From an uncultured Chthonomonadaceae bacterium (GTDB lineage Bacteria; Armatimonadota; Chthonomonadetes; Chthonomonadales; Chthonomonadaceae), in the NCBI GenBank assembly GCA_963835065.1, contig CAWIEK010000069.1, positions 1-43,141 on the forward strand: a stretch of DNA of 43,141 nt. The letters run 5' to 3'. The position numbers and the translations under genes were made by a program. Shown piece after piece: positions 9,601 to 19,663 of the stretch (its first letter is position 1; the number at the start of each line of letters is the position of its first letter). Under the pieces are notes generated by a model. The model worked only from the letters and a program-made list of their open reading frames with translations. It did not search any database and was not told the origin of the DNA.

Positions 9601-11026
9601 AACCACAATCATCGCAAAATTCCGATGCGCCCGAATGGTAGCGGTGACAGTGCAGGCATCTTTTGAGGGTGCCACTGAGTTTCTTTAGAAATAAGTGGAC
9701 ACGAAAATCAAGAATAGGTTCTTTGCCTGAATTGACGTTCAGAAAAGAGGCTGCTGACAAATACGCTCTGACAACTTTATCTGCTGACAATCCCCTAATT
9801 GCTTCCACGCAATCGTTCTCCATCATTGCAGCCAACCCGGAAACAGAGCATGGCGCAACCTTCATCTTCTCACGGATGCATTGAAATATGGGATTGGTGT
9901 ACATTGCTTGGTAAGCAACGGTTTGGCGAACATCGCTGCTATCGGATGTGGGGAATTCTTTCTCGTTCAACTCCCTGCCAGCCAGCGTACTCAAGAACGC
10001 GCAAACTTGTTCGATGCTTGGATTTGGCATACTTGCTTCATCAATAATCCCGGCAGGCAATGCAGGCATCGTGGCTAATGTAGGCATTGTTTCTTGTTCA
10101 AATTGCGGTTCGACAAGAGTATAGTCCTGAATGTCCAAAAGAGGATGAATGAAATCGTCTGGACGTTCATTGTCGCCGTCATTCTCACTGCTACTTGATA
10201 AGGTGGCACTACAAGCAATATGTAGTGGAGTTGTGTTCGCCTGTGCCTTTAGCCTACGTAACAAGCACTTAATGTGAGTTGCCTTTGCGCCACGATAAAC
10301 ATGAGCCTCATCCAGAACGACGAAGCGTAAGGATTTGGAGAACAGGCCGCTATCCTCAGGCCGCGTTAAAAGATAGTCCAACATAACATGGTTTGTTATC
10401 AGAATGTTAGGCCTATTGGCGCGTATTTCTTCGCGCGTTACAAGATGATTGCTTGACAGGCGTACTGGAGGATTCTTTTCTTGAAATTTATTCGGCGTTG
10501 CCCCCGTGTAACATGCAAAAGTCAACTTGGTATCGCGTAGTTTATCGCCGATACGCCGTATTTGATCGTTTGCTAAAGCGTTCATGGGGTATATGATGAT
10601 TGCTTGAACGCCCTCAATTTGGTGACGCAGGCAATCCTCCATTATTGGAAGCAGGAACGCTTCTGTTTTCCCACTGCCCGTTCCTGTTGCAATAACTGTA
10701 TCTTTCGGCGGCGTACCTTCCGACCCTAAAATAGACTGGATAGCCTGTTCTTGATGTGCATAAAGATGCGTGTATTCCGAAAACTTGTTTTGTACTTCCG
10801 TTGAAATGTTGCATCTTCTGCAAAACTCCCTGAAGGAAGTACCTTTCTCATATTTGCGATTGAGCGTTAAAAACAGCCTCTTATCTACTTGTAGCGACTT
10901 AGCAATTTCACCAATGGTATCATCAGACAGTTCAGAAGCAGCAAGGGTGTCGCGCACAAGTTGATTGTAGCGATCATCAATTAACTCTGTGGCGGCAAAT
11001 AGTGGATTGTTAATCAAGTCCTGCAT
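6628..11026 (-). CDS. Large SF2 DEAH helicase with DUF1998 (MrfA/Hrq1-like) Zn domain, ~1465 aa, split by one extra base in an A6 run near 8635-8640
   Basis: Motifs Q (LYAHQEQAI), I (GTGSGKT), Ia (YPMNALANDQ), II (DEAH), III (SAT), CxxC...CxxC, V (TLEMGIDIG), VI (QRAGRAGR) and DUF1998-type CPCENGCYACL. Removing one A from GAAAAAATTT joins ORFs 8603-11026 and 6628-8766. Confidence 0.92.
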
Positions 11027-11165
11027 ATAAATTCCTCATGACAAACTGCTGTATTCAGGCATCTGCAAAGAAGAAACCAGTAACATGAGTGGAAGTTCTC
11101 AAATGAACTCGCTTTTTCCTGCATCCACGCAAACAGAGGTTAAAGTATTTCGCAGAAACATTGTC

Positions 11166-12443
11166 TCAGTTTTCAGGCAATATAATATCCGTTGGCGGCT
11201 TACCGCTGGCGGGGCGTTCTATGGTGTCGCGGTACTTGATGCTGCCGTCCTGGTAGCCGCCGCCCGCCAGGTAGAAGCGATTGCCGATTGCGCCCGCGTC
11301 GTAATCGGTTCGGCTGTCCTTGCCCGTGTGCGTGAAGACGGCTTTGGTCAGTTCCATCCATTGCCCATCTGCGGTTTTGATCCACTGCCGCCCGAATTCC
11401 GCGAGACGCTTCTTCTGCCCGTTCGCGCTGTTCCAATCCTCGTCGAACGAGTACAGGCCACGCAAATAACTGCCGTCTTTGGGGGCGCGGAACCGGGCGA
11501 TGATGCCCCATTGGTGTTTTTCAGGGAAATAGAACCAGCCCGTGTAAATGGTGGCGGTTCCGTCCGGCTGCGCGGCCACGAGAAAGCGGTACGTTTGCCC
11601 CGTTTTCCAGTTGTACACCAGATGGCTGTGCCCGCCCGTGCCCTCGTTGCCGAAACTGTCCGCGAACACGCCCGCGCCCTTTGCCAGCAGTTTCACGCGG
11701 TTGTCGTCGTCCACTTTGCTGCGGTCTTTCGCCTCACCGCCGCTGTCCCAAACCGAAAAGATGATGCGCCGCTCGGTCGGGCTGTTGACCTGCATCCCGA
11801 AGTACCCCCGATGCCAGCCACACGCCATGTAGTACGACCAGAGTGGATCGGTTTTGGCCGTCACCTCGTTGTAAAACCACGTTACTTTGGCGTCCTGCGC
11901 AGTCGCGTAGCGGAGATGTACGGACGGAGCGCCGCGCTGTTCGGGGGTGGTGTTGAAATGCGCGTTTTCGGCGGCAGGCCCGCTCAACACGAGTTCTTCA
12001 ATGTCGCCGAACGTACTGCCGCTTTTTTCCACGCCTTGCAGCTCAAACCGCTGATAACCCGGCGCGGCAATGTCCACAACTCCGAACAGGACCGGAACGG
12101 GCGCAGGGGAAGCGTCGCCTGTAATGTTCGCCGTCAGGATTTGTTTGCCGACCGTGAGCCGCAGTTTTGATGTGGTAAGCGCGGGCAGGTGTGCCGTAAG
12201 GCGGATGGTGAGTTTGCCCGGCGTGTTGATTTTGCCGTACCAGACCAGTTTTTCATCCGCCCGCGTCCACTCAGTCCAGCCGTTGCGCTTGATTGTCAAG
12301 GCTTCCGGGTCGGGTTCGCTGTAGGCCGTATTGACGGCAATATACCGGGCGTCAGGAGATATTGCCGGGGGTTGTGCCGAGTGACACGCCGACGCCGGCG
12401 CAAACGAGGTAAGAACGACGGATGCAGCAAGGCTGAATTTCAT
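11166..12443 (-). CDS. Secreted DUF5077/DUF3472 domain protein
   Basis: Signal peptide; motifs APSVHL, WFYNEV, YYMACGW..GYFGMQVNSPTERRIIFSVWD, FGNEGTGGHS and LYSFDED. Confidence 0.85.
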   Translation of the reverse strand: MKFSLAASVVLTSFAPASACHSAQPPAISPDARYIAVNTAYSEPDPEALTIKRNGWTEWTRADEKLVWYGKINTPGKLTIRLTAHLPALTTSKLRLTVGKQILTANITGDASPAPVPVLFGVVDIAAPGYQRFELQGVEKSGSTFGDIEELVLSGPAAENAHFNTTPEQRGAPSVHLRYATAQDAKVTWFYNEVTAKTDPLWSYYMACGWHRGYFGMQVNSPTERRIIFSVWDSGGEAKDRSKVDDDNRVKLLAKGAGVFADSFGNEGTGGHSHLVYNWKTGQTYRFLVAAQPDGTATIYTGWFYFPEKHQWGIIARFRAPKDGSYLRGLYSFDEDWNSANGQKKRLAEFGRQWIKTADGQWMELTKAVFTHTGKDSRTDYDAGAIGNRFYLAGGGYQDGSIKYRDTIERPASGKPPTDIILPEN

Positions 12444-13117
12444 GATTTCTCCTGCGCGGCTTCATTTTTCTGCGCCGCTTCAAATTCTTTTACGCCGGCC
12501 ATAAACTGCGCGTACAGACGGGGCATTCGGCGGGCAAACTCGGCCTCGTTTGCTTCCGAGTCTTCGGGATAAGGTTTGCCCCTCGGCTGTGGGGAGACAA
12601 ACGGTTTCGTATCAGGGGAAGGTTCCGCAGGGGAAGACGGCTGTGTTGGCGGGGAAAGTTCTTCTATTGGAGTAAGTTCTAAGGGAAAAAGTTCTTCCTC
12701 CGACATGTAGCGCCCCGTTCTGGCCTTGTACACATGGTCGCACACGTAGCCGAAATCTTCAAACTCAACGTCCGCTTCGTCCAAATCGGAAAATACATCT
12801 GCCAGTGAATCCGAGTTTTCAAGCGCGGCTTCATAGACTTCTCTGCCCATAGAAAGCAGCCAGTAGCGGAAGTAGTGAAAGCCGTCGTCGGAACATCCGC
12901 TTTGAAACCAGTACGCCGCCGCCCACAAGTCCCAATGGTACGCCGCTTTGTGGAACATTCGGAAACGGCGTTCAAAGGCGATCAGTTGACTTGTGGAAAG
13001 TGGCTTGAGCAGGCGTTTCAGCCGGGCAGCCTGACGTTCGCGGCTGGCTTCTACATCGGCAGGATTCCAGCCTGTGCGCGAAGCGTCTACAAATTCCCAA
13101 AATTGCTGTTCGGTCAT
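12440..13117 (-). CDS. DUF4240 domain protein
   Basis: MTEQQFWEFVD...AYHWDLWAAAY...GCSDDGFHYFRYWLLSMGREVYEAAL...DSLAD and C-terminal RMPRLY. Confidence 0.85.
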   Translation of the reverse strand: MTEQQFWEFVDASRTGWNPADVEASRERQAARLKRLLKPLSTSQLIAFERRFRMFHKAAYHWDLWAAAYWFQSGCSDDGFHYFRYWLLSMGREVYEAALENSDSLADVFSDLDEADVEFEDFGYVCDHVYKARTGRYMSEEELFPLELTPIEELSPPTQPSSPAEPSPDTKPFVSPQPRGKPYPEDSEANEAEFARRMPRLYAQFMAGVKEFEAAQKNEAAQEKS

Positions 13118-13240
13118 GCTCGGTTCCATACTGCTTGGATTCGGGAAACAAGCCGCCGGTTCCTGCGCAAAATGCCTCGATACATGCGAAACAGGCACAC
13201 GAACAGGAATAAAAATGCCCCGGCGTGATATAATAAGCCT

Positions 13241-13819
13241 ATGGAAAACACGCCGCCGATTGTGCCGCAGATCATTGTCATTGGCGGGCCGAACGGCGCG
13301 GGCAAATCTACGATTGCCACGCGCCTGATTCCGCCGACAATGGAATTTGTCAACGCCGATGAAATCGCCAAAACACTGGCGGAAACCGTGACGGATGGCG
13401 TCAACTTTCGCGCTGGTCGCGTAGCCTTACAGCGCCTGGACGAATTGGAAGCCGCACACGCTGACATCGCCATTGAAACCACACTCGCCAGCCGTACCCT
13501 TGCGCCCCGCATCCAACGCCTACGCGCAAACGGCTACCGATTTAGTTTATACTACGTGTGGGTTCCAAGCCCCGACCTGTCTATTGAGCGGGTAGCAGAG
13601 CGCGTTCGTGGTGGTGGACACGACATACCCGAAGACGTTATTCGCCGCCGCTATAAGAGCGGACTGGAAAACTTCTTCAACATCTATCAGCCAATTGCCG
13701 ACAGATGGCGCATGTATGATAATTCGGATTTCGGCAACCCCGTTATTATTGCCAGAGGAGTGCTTCAGGTCAAGAAGCGTCCTTTGTGGAAACAACTGCA
13801 AGAGGAGAACAGAAAATGA
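13241..13819 (+). CDS. Zeta-toxin-like P-loop kinase
   Basis: Walker A GGPNGAGKST, FVNADEIA, AIETTLAS and RVAERVRGGGHDIPEDVIRRRY. Confidence 0.9.
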   Translation: MENTPPIVPQIIVIGGPNGAGKSTIATRLIPPTMEFVNADEIAKTLAETVTDGVNFRAGRVALQRLDELEAAHADIAIETTLASRTLAPRIQRLRANGYRFSLYYVWVPSPDLSIERVAERVRGGGHDIPEDVIRRRYKSGLENFFNIYQPIADRWRMYDNSDFGNPVIIARGVLQVKKRPLWKQLQEENRK

Positions 13820-14037
13820 CTGACGTGCTTGTGCGTGGCGTAACGCCGTCTGAAAGTTTCAATGACATTGAGGAAGATGAAATTGATCGCGCGGTTACGG
13901 AGGCCGTTTGGGATGCTATACGCAAGCACAAAGCGAACGGCAACCCCATCGCGGTTTGGGAAGATGGCAAAGTGAAGATCATTCAGCCGGAAGACATTGT
14001 ACTGCCGGAAGATGCAGGGCGGCCGGTGAGCGGTTAA
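13816..14037 (+). CDS. Small conserved partner of the zeta-like kinase (putative antitoxin)
   Basis: ATGA overlap; AVWDAIRKHKANGNPIAVWEDGKVKII is typical of small ORFs next to this kinase family. Confidence 0.75.
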   Translation: MTDVLVRGVTPSESFNDIEEDEIDRAVTEAVWDAIRKHKANGNPIAVWEDGKVKIIQPEDIVLPEDAGRPVSG

Positions 14038-14191
14038 TTTTTGATGATTGAAACTTGCAGGCGGGTTGGCTGCGTAGGGAACTGTGGTATAATTAGGGGC
14101 AGTTAGTCCTAATTTTGATTTATGTATTGACTCTATCCGTTCGCGGCGCGCTTTCGCGCTTGCCGCGCTTTGCATGAGGTGAAATCCGATT

Positions 14192-17100
14192 ATGGTTGCT
14201 TTGCCGAGCTTTATCAGCAAATTCTTTGACGCCAACGCCCGCGACATCGCCAAGTACCAACTGACCGTCGCCAAAATCAACGCGCTTGAACCGCAGATGC
14301 AAAAGCTGACGGAAGAGCAAATCCGCGCCAAAACCGACGAACTGCGCAAGCGCGTTCAGGACGAGTACAAGGCCAAACGCGCCGAAGCCGAACCCGGATG
14401 GGCTGTGCTGGATACCGACCAGAAGCGCCGCGAAGCCGACAGGCGCATTTACGACCCGATTTTGGACAGCGTACTGCCGGAAGCCTTTGCTCTTGTGCGC
14501 GAAGTGACCACGCGGACGCTTGGCTTGCGCCATTATGACGTGCAGATGATCGGCGGCATGGTGCTGCACGACGGGCGCATTGCCGAAATGCGGACGGGCG
14601 AAGGCAAAACACTTGTCGCCACCTGCCCCCTGTTCCTTAACGCCCTGCTGGGCAAGGGGTCGCATCTGGTCACGGCCAACGACTATTTGAGCAAGCGCGA
14701 CGCGATCTGGAACGGGCCGGTTTACCACATGCTCGGCATGAGCGTGGGCATCGTGCAAGGGCAATCTCCCGAATCCGGGGACGAGGGCGGCACGTTTATT
14801 TACGATCCCGATTACGACGATCCGCGCTCTACCTATGCCCGCCCGCTCGACAGCCGCAAAGAAGCCTACGACTGCGACATCACGTATGGCACGAACAACG
14901 AGTACGGCTTCGACTATCTGCGCGACAACATGGAGTTCAGCAAGGAAGAACTGCGCCAGCGCGAACTGCACTACGCCATTGTGGACGAAGTGGACTCCAT
15001 CCTGATTGACGAGGCGCGAACGCCCCTGATTATTTCCGGCATGGTGGAGCAAACCACCGACCAGTACAACGTCATAGATGTGGTCGTGTCCAAAATGAAG
15101 AAGGGCATTGACGACCCGAAAAGCGACAAGGATAACCCCAACGCCGACAAATTGAACCCCAACATCCATTATGTAGTGGACGAAAAAGCCAAAACCGCCA
15201 CCATTACGGACGCGGGCGTGACGTTCGTGGAAAAGGCATTGGGTTATGAGAACCTGTCCGACAACCACGAAATGATGCACTATTTGCAGGCCAGCCTGAA
15301 AGCGCACGGCGTGTTCCGCAAGGACATTGATTACGTTATCAAGACCGTAAAGGAAGAAGACGGCCCGGAAATTATCATCGTGGATGAAAACACGGGACGC
15401 CTTATGTTCGGGCGGCGCTATTCGGACGGACTGCACCAGGCCATTGAAGCCAAAGAGCATGTGGAAGTGAAAAATGAGTCGCAGACCCTTGCGACCATCA
15501 CGTTCCAGAACTATTTCCGGCTGTACAGCAAACTGGGCGGCATGACGGGTACGGCGCGGACGGAAGAAGAAGAATTCCGCAAAATCTATGCGCTCGATGT
15601 CGTGCAGGTTCCCACCAACAAGCCGATACAGCGCACCGACCACGCCGACGTGATTTACAAGACCGAAGAGCATAAAGTCAGGGGAATCACGGCGGAGATT
15701 CTGCGCATCTTCTGCAAGCAGCAGCCGCTTCTCGTGGGAACCCGCTCCATTGAAATGAGCGAGCGCGTCAGCCGGCGCATGAACCCGTCCCTGTTGGTGT
15801 TGCGCTGCCTGATCGAAGTGGCGCATGAAAAACTGGAACTGAACAAGAGCATTGACGCGGCCAAAAAGCGCCAGTACGTGGCCCTGCTCAACATGCCGAT
15901 GGAGCCTTACATCAAGTTTGAAGGCGAGGAGGGCAAGCAGACGGCCACGCGGATGCCGCCCATCAGCCTCAATCAACTCAAGCCCGTCTTCAAAGAATTG
16001 GGCATGAGCGAAAAAGCGCTTGATCCGGCCAACATGACCGACATCATGCGGATTTTCGAGGTCGGAGAAGGCGGCAAGGAACTGCTGGAAGACGCGCTGA
16101 CGCACGGCATCCCGCACAACATTCTCAACGCCAAGTTCCACGAGCAGGAAGCCATCATCATCGCCGAAGCGGGGCGCAAGGGATCGGTCACGATTGCCAC
16201 GAATATGGCGGGGCGGGGCGTAGACATTCTGCTCGGCGGCAAGCACATCAAGCAGGAACTGCCTCCGGTTGACGGCAGCGCGGTATCGCTTGCGCGGGCC
16301 GAAAAGGTAGCGGAACAGTTCGACGAAACAAGCGAGGGCGAGGACGCCGAATCCGAGGCCCCGGATGAAAGCAATTATCGCCGGTTCGGCAAGGCGGGCG
16401 TTCTGGACGCGGTGACAACCGGGGCGCTGACGGACGAAGAGCATAAACGGGCGGCGGAATCGGTACGCGCGCTCGGTGGCCTGTTCATTTTGGGCACGGA
16501 GCGGCACGAAAGCCGGCGCATTGACAACCAACTGCGCGGGCGCGCGGGACGGCAGGGCGATCCGGGCGAAAGCCGCTTCTTCGTTTCGCTTGAAGACGAA
16601 TTGTGGCGCTTGTTCGGGGATCGCGCCAACCATCCGCTATTGCGAACGTGGGACGAGCATCTGGCAATGGACGCCCGCCTGCTTTCGCGCATGATTGAAA
16701 ACGCGCAGAAGAAAGTTGAATCGCATTACTTCGAGTCGCGCAAGAACGTTCTCAACTACGACGACGTGATGAACCGCCAGCGCGAATTGATTTACAAGGA
16801 GCGACGGCGCGTGCTGGAAGGCGTAGACCTGCGCGACACGATTTTGCACTACATTCAGGAAAACATTGAGGGCGCGGTTCGCATTTACACCCCGCCGGAC
16901 GTGCCGCAAAACGAGTGGGATCTGGACGAATTGTTCAAGGAATTGGACGAGTATTTCATGCTCTACCCCGTCGTTTCCGCGAACGACTTGAAGGGCAAAT
17001 CCCGTGAGGAGATGATTGCGTTCCTGAGTGCGCATATCATCGGCGTGTACGAGGCGCGGGAGCGGGAGCTGGAGGAAGTGGAGCCGGGGCAGATGCGGCA

Positions 17101-17673
17101 GTTCGAGCGGTGGATGGCGCTGCGGGCGATCAATGACCGGTGGATGGAGCATCTGGCGAACATGGACTATCTGCGCGAAGGCATCGGCCTGCGCGGGTAC
17201 GAGCAGAAAGACCCGCTCCTCATCTACCAGAAGGAAGCCTTCGACGAGTTCGAGCGGATGCAGCAGTCCATTCAGGACGACATCGTGCGCAACCTGTTCC
17301 GTATGCAGGTGGTCGCGCCGCCGCAGCAGTTCGAGATGCCGCAGTTGGACATGCAGAGCATGGAACTGCCGCCCAACGTCGCGCCCGCCATTCCGCTGCC
17401 GGCCGCCCTGCCGCGTCCCAACCGGCGCAATCGGGAAACTACGCCAGGTGACGTGTCCGCCGCATTGGAACCGCCCATGAGCCTGGTGACAAACGTGACG
17501 GCCAACCGCGAAGGCGTGGAAACCGCAAGCGTGGCCGGAGCGGTGGAAGCGAGCAATGGCATAGGCAGCAAGCGCCGAACGGATGGCGCCCCGGCGGACT
17601 GGAAGGGTGGCCGTAACGACCCTGCTGGTGCGGCAGCGGCGAAAAGTTCAAGCGCTGTCACGGCAAAGTGTAG
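14192..17673 (+). CDS. secA: Preprotein translocase subunit SecA (frameshift near 17621 hides the SEC-C motif)
   Basis: AEMRTGEGKT, IVDEVDSILIDEARTPLIIS, ATNMAGRG and HESRRIDNQLRGRAGRQGDPG. GRNDP is followed in a shifted frame by CWCGSGEKFKRCHGKV*. Confidence 0.98.
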
Positions 17674-17675
17674 CT

Positions 17676-17720
17676 GCCCTCAACCCCTGACCCCTTCTCC
17701 CAAAAGTGTGGGAGAAGGGG
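17676..17720. repeat. REP-like hairpin / possible terminator after secA
   Basis: CCCCTTCTCCCA-aaagtg-TGGGAGAAGGGG preceded by ccctcaacccctga; a related element lies at 21137-21179. Confidence 0.7.
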
Positions 17721-17750
17721 AATTTATTAGAACAGGCTTAAAGCAGGAAT

Positions 17751-17895
17751 GATATGTAGAGGCAGCGTCGAAATCTTGGCAATGCAGCGCTTCCAGCCCG
17801 CTGTCTCGTTGTGTCAAATTGTAGAAGAGAGGCGTCATGGCCTCCGCAGCGTCAGGGCGAACGGGAGGGGTGTGGGGACATAGGACTGCACCTCC
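17751..17895 (-). repeat. Dispersed ~145-bp repeat, copy 2, followed by (GGGGTCA)x3 at 17907-17929
   Basis: Reverse complement of 934-1079. Confidence 0.9.
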
Positions 17896-18068
17896 CTTCT
17901 TAAGCAGTGGTCAGGGGTCAGGGGTCAGGAACTGCGAGCGTTCCGGCTAGCCTTTCCCTGAACAGTAGACGTTTGTACTACTATTTAGACGGAGGTGTGG
18001 GGCAAAGGTTTCGTTTGTTTCGCGTTGTTTGGCTCTTTTTTATCTTTTCTAGGAAAGGAGGCTTCTTT

Positions 18069-18489
18069 ATGGCAGACAGTTTAGAAATCTTGTCCTTAGA
18101 TGCCCCTGATAAAACGTTGTTGAGTACGAAAACAAATCCTGAGACAGCTTCCAAAAATGGGGTAGCCTCCGGCGTAACTGTTGCTCAACCTCTGCATGAA
18201 CTCATCAGCGCTACCGACAAAGCGGAAGCGGAAAAGCAATGGGGGATAGAAAAAGCAAAGGCTGAAGTAGTCGGGAAGCGCGGCGAAGAGATATACCAGC
18301 AACAGATACGGCACGAAGTAGAGGCTGCGCATCGAGGCAAATACCTGATACTTGACGTTGATACCGGCTGCTATGAGATTGGCACCGAATATTGCGGCGG
18401 CTTCACTGCGCCTCTATGAACAACATCCCGATGCAAGGCTGTACACGGTTCGTATCGGGTATCCGTCTGCCGTCAAAGCTGTAGCCTGA
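18069..18489 (+). CDS. Hypothetical protein paired with an aspartic protease (frameshift near 18390)
   Basis: AGGAGG RBS; RGEEIYQQQIR...GKYLILDVDTGCYEIG, then in another frame LYEQHPDARLYTVRIGYPSA. This pattern is typical of small proteins upstream of clan AA proteases. Confidence 0.65.
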
Positions 18490-18504
18490 AAAGGATAGTC
18501 GCTC

Positions 18505-18867
18505 GTGTTACAGGGTATTGTAAATCAAGACCTTGATCCTGCCGTTGCGTTGGGGATTTACTCTGCGGATGGAGACAGGTTCACCATTTATCCTCTGGTA
18601 GATACAGGCTTTCGCAATGAACTGGCATTGCCGGTTGCTTTCATTCAGAAGTTGAAGTTACGGAGGGGATCGGACTTCACCGCAAAATATGCCAATGGCT
18701 CCAGCGAAATTATTCCTTCGTACCTTGCAGAAGTGGACTGGAACGGCAGCCGCAAAAACGTTTCTGTAGTCGCTATGGAGGAACCCTTGATTGGAATGAC
18801 GCTGATGCTTTCCCTGCATCTGAGTATTGATGTGAGAGTTGATGGCGAAGTTTTGATTGCTCCCTGA
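18505..18867 (+). CDS. Clan AA (retropepsin-like) aspartic protease
   Basis: LVDTGF catalytic motif, ANGS flap and PLIGMTLM C-terminal motif; 120 aa. Confidence 0.85.
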   Translation: MLQGIVNQDLDPAVALGIYSADGDRFTIYPLVDTGFRNELALPVAFIQKLKLRRGSDFTAKYANGSSEIIPSYLAEVDWNGSRKNVSVVAMEEPLIGMTLMLSLHLSIDVRVDGEVLIAP

Positions 18868-18888
18868 TGCCGGTTGCGAGGATTAAAC

Positions 18889-19110
18889 ATGAAAGAGTAC
18901 GCGGTGATTTACGAGGCTGGTTTGAACAACGGGTCAGCGTATGTGCCCGACCTGCCCGGCTGCGTTTCAACGGTCAAAACGCGCGCCGATGTCGAGCGCA
19001 ACATTCAGGAGGCCATCGAACTGCATATCGAAGGCATGTTAGCGGACGGCGAACCCGTTCCTGAACCGAGCAGCGTGGCGGGCAGTGTGCGCGTTGCCGT
19101 CGTCGCGTAA
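18889..19110 (+). CDS. hicB: HicB family antitoxin
   Basis: YAVIYE...SAYVPDLPGCVS...NIQEAIELHIEGMLADGEPVPEP. Confidence 0.88.
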   Translation: MKEYAVIYEAGLNNGSAYVPDLPGCVSTVKTRADVERNIQEAIELHIEGMLADGEPVPEPSSVAGSVRVAVVA

Positions 19111-19317
19111 CGATGTCAGTTCGCCAATGTCCTGCCGACTGGCCCATGAATCTCCCATGCCCTCTGTGTCCCACTGCGCCAGAATATCGGCGGGCGTTGG
19201 ACCTGTAATCATCTGCGCGGTTTGCGGTTGTACGGCCCGCTGCACAGCGCGTTGTAGAAACCACTTTTCCCGGCGCTTGTAGGTCAGTTTGCGCCCAATC
19301 TGCGGCATTGCTACCAT
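19039..19317 (-). CDS. Small hypothetical protein
   Basis: AAGGAG RBS and an upstream TGGTATAAT; TPADILAQWDTEG...WASRQDIGE resembles small antitoxin-like proteins. The 3' end overlaps hicB convergently. Confidence 0.45.
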   Translation of the reverse strand: MVAMPQIGRKLTYKRREKWFLQRAVQRAVQPQTAQMITGPTPADILAQWDTEGMGDSWASRQDIGELTSLRDDGNAHTARHAARFRNGFAVR

Positions 19318-19543
19318 GTTTGTGTTACTCCTTCAGCAAATAACTCCGTCACCCTTCTACTCGGAGCGGTCTACTAATCTGTCTCTATCGGCGCTCCTCA
19401 ATAATGGTTTCTGAGAGTGGATAGGCTTATTATACCAGCCTTCTTTATCCCTTCTCCACAGGGTTCCACAAATTATGCCGCCTGCGAGGAAAATGACAGG
19501 CATATAGATTGCTCCGGCCACTAAATATCTGAATCCCTGACAC

Positions 19544-19581
19544 AAAAAAGAGCCGAGGGAGTGATCGAAGCTCCATCGGCC
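19544..19581 (-). terminator. Intrinsic terminator-like hairpin
   Basis: Minus strand GCCGATGGAG-cttcgatca-CTCCCTCGGC followed by TCTTTTTT. Confidence 0.55.
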
Positions 19582-19663
19582 CAAAGCGTTTACTTAGTTG
19601 AGTATAGTATAGCACGTTTTCAAGCAGAAAACAATCTATGCGCAAAAAATAGTCTATGCAATT

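Noticed and set aside
6628..11026. Helicase as Cas3 or another CRISPR-associated helicase
   Set aside because: No HD nuclease domain and no adjacent cas genes; the motifs fit the DUF1998/MrfA clade.
14120..16633. 837-aa minus-strand ORF, and similar long ORFs 11085-12170, 24330-25409, 25552-27165, 30611-31807, 35435-36856 and 38505-39407
   Set aside because: Antisense shadows of well-supported genes in GC-rich DNA.
17674..17752. SecA C-terminal extension to 17752
   Set aside because: Artefact of the frameshift; the SEC-C motif ends at TAG 17671-17673.
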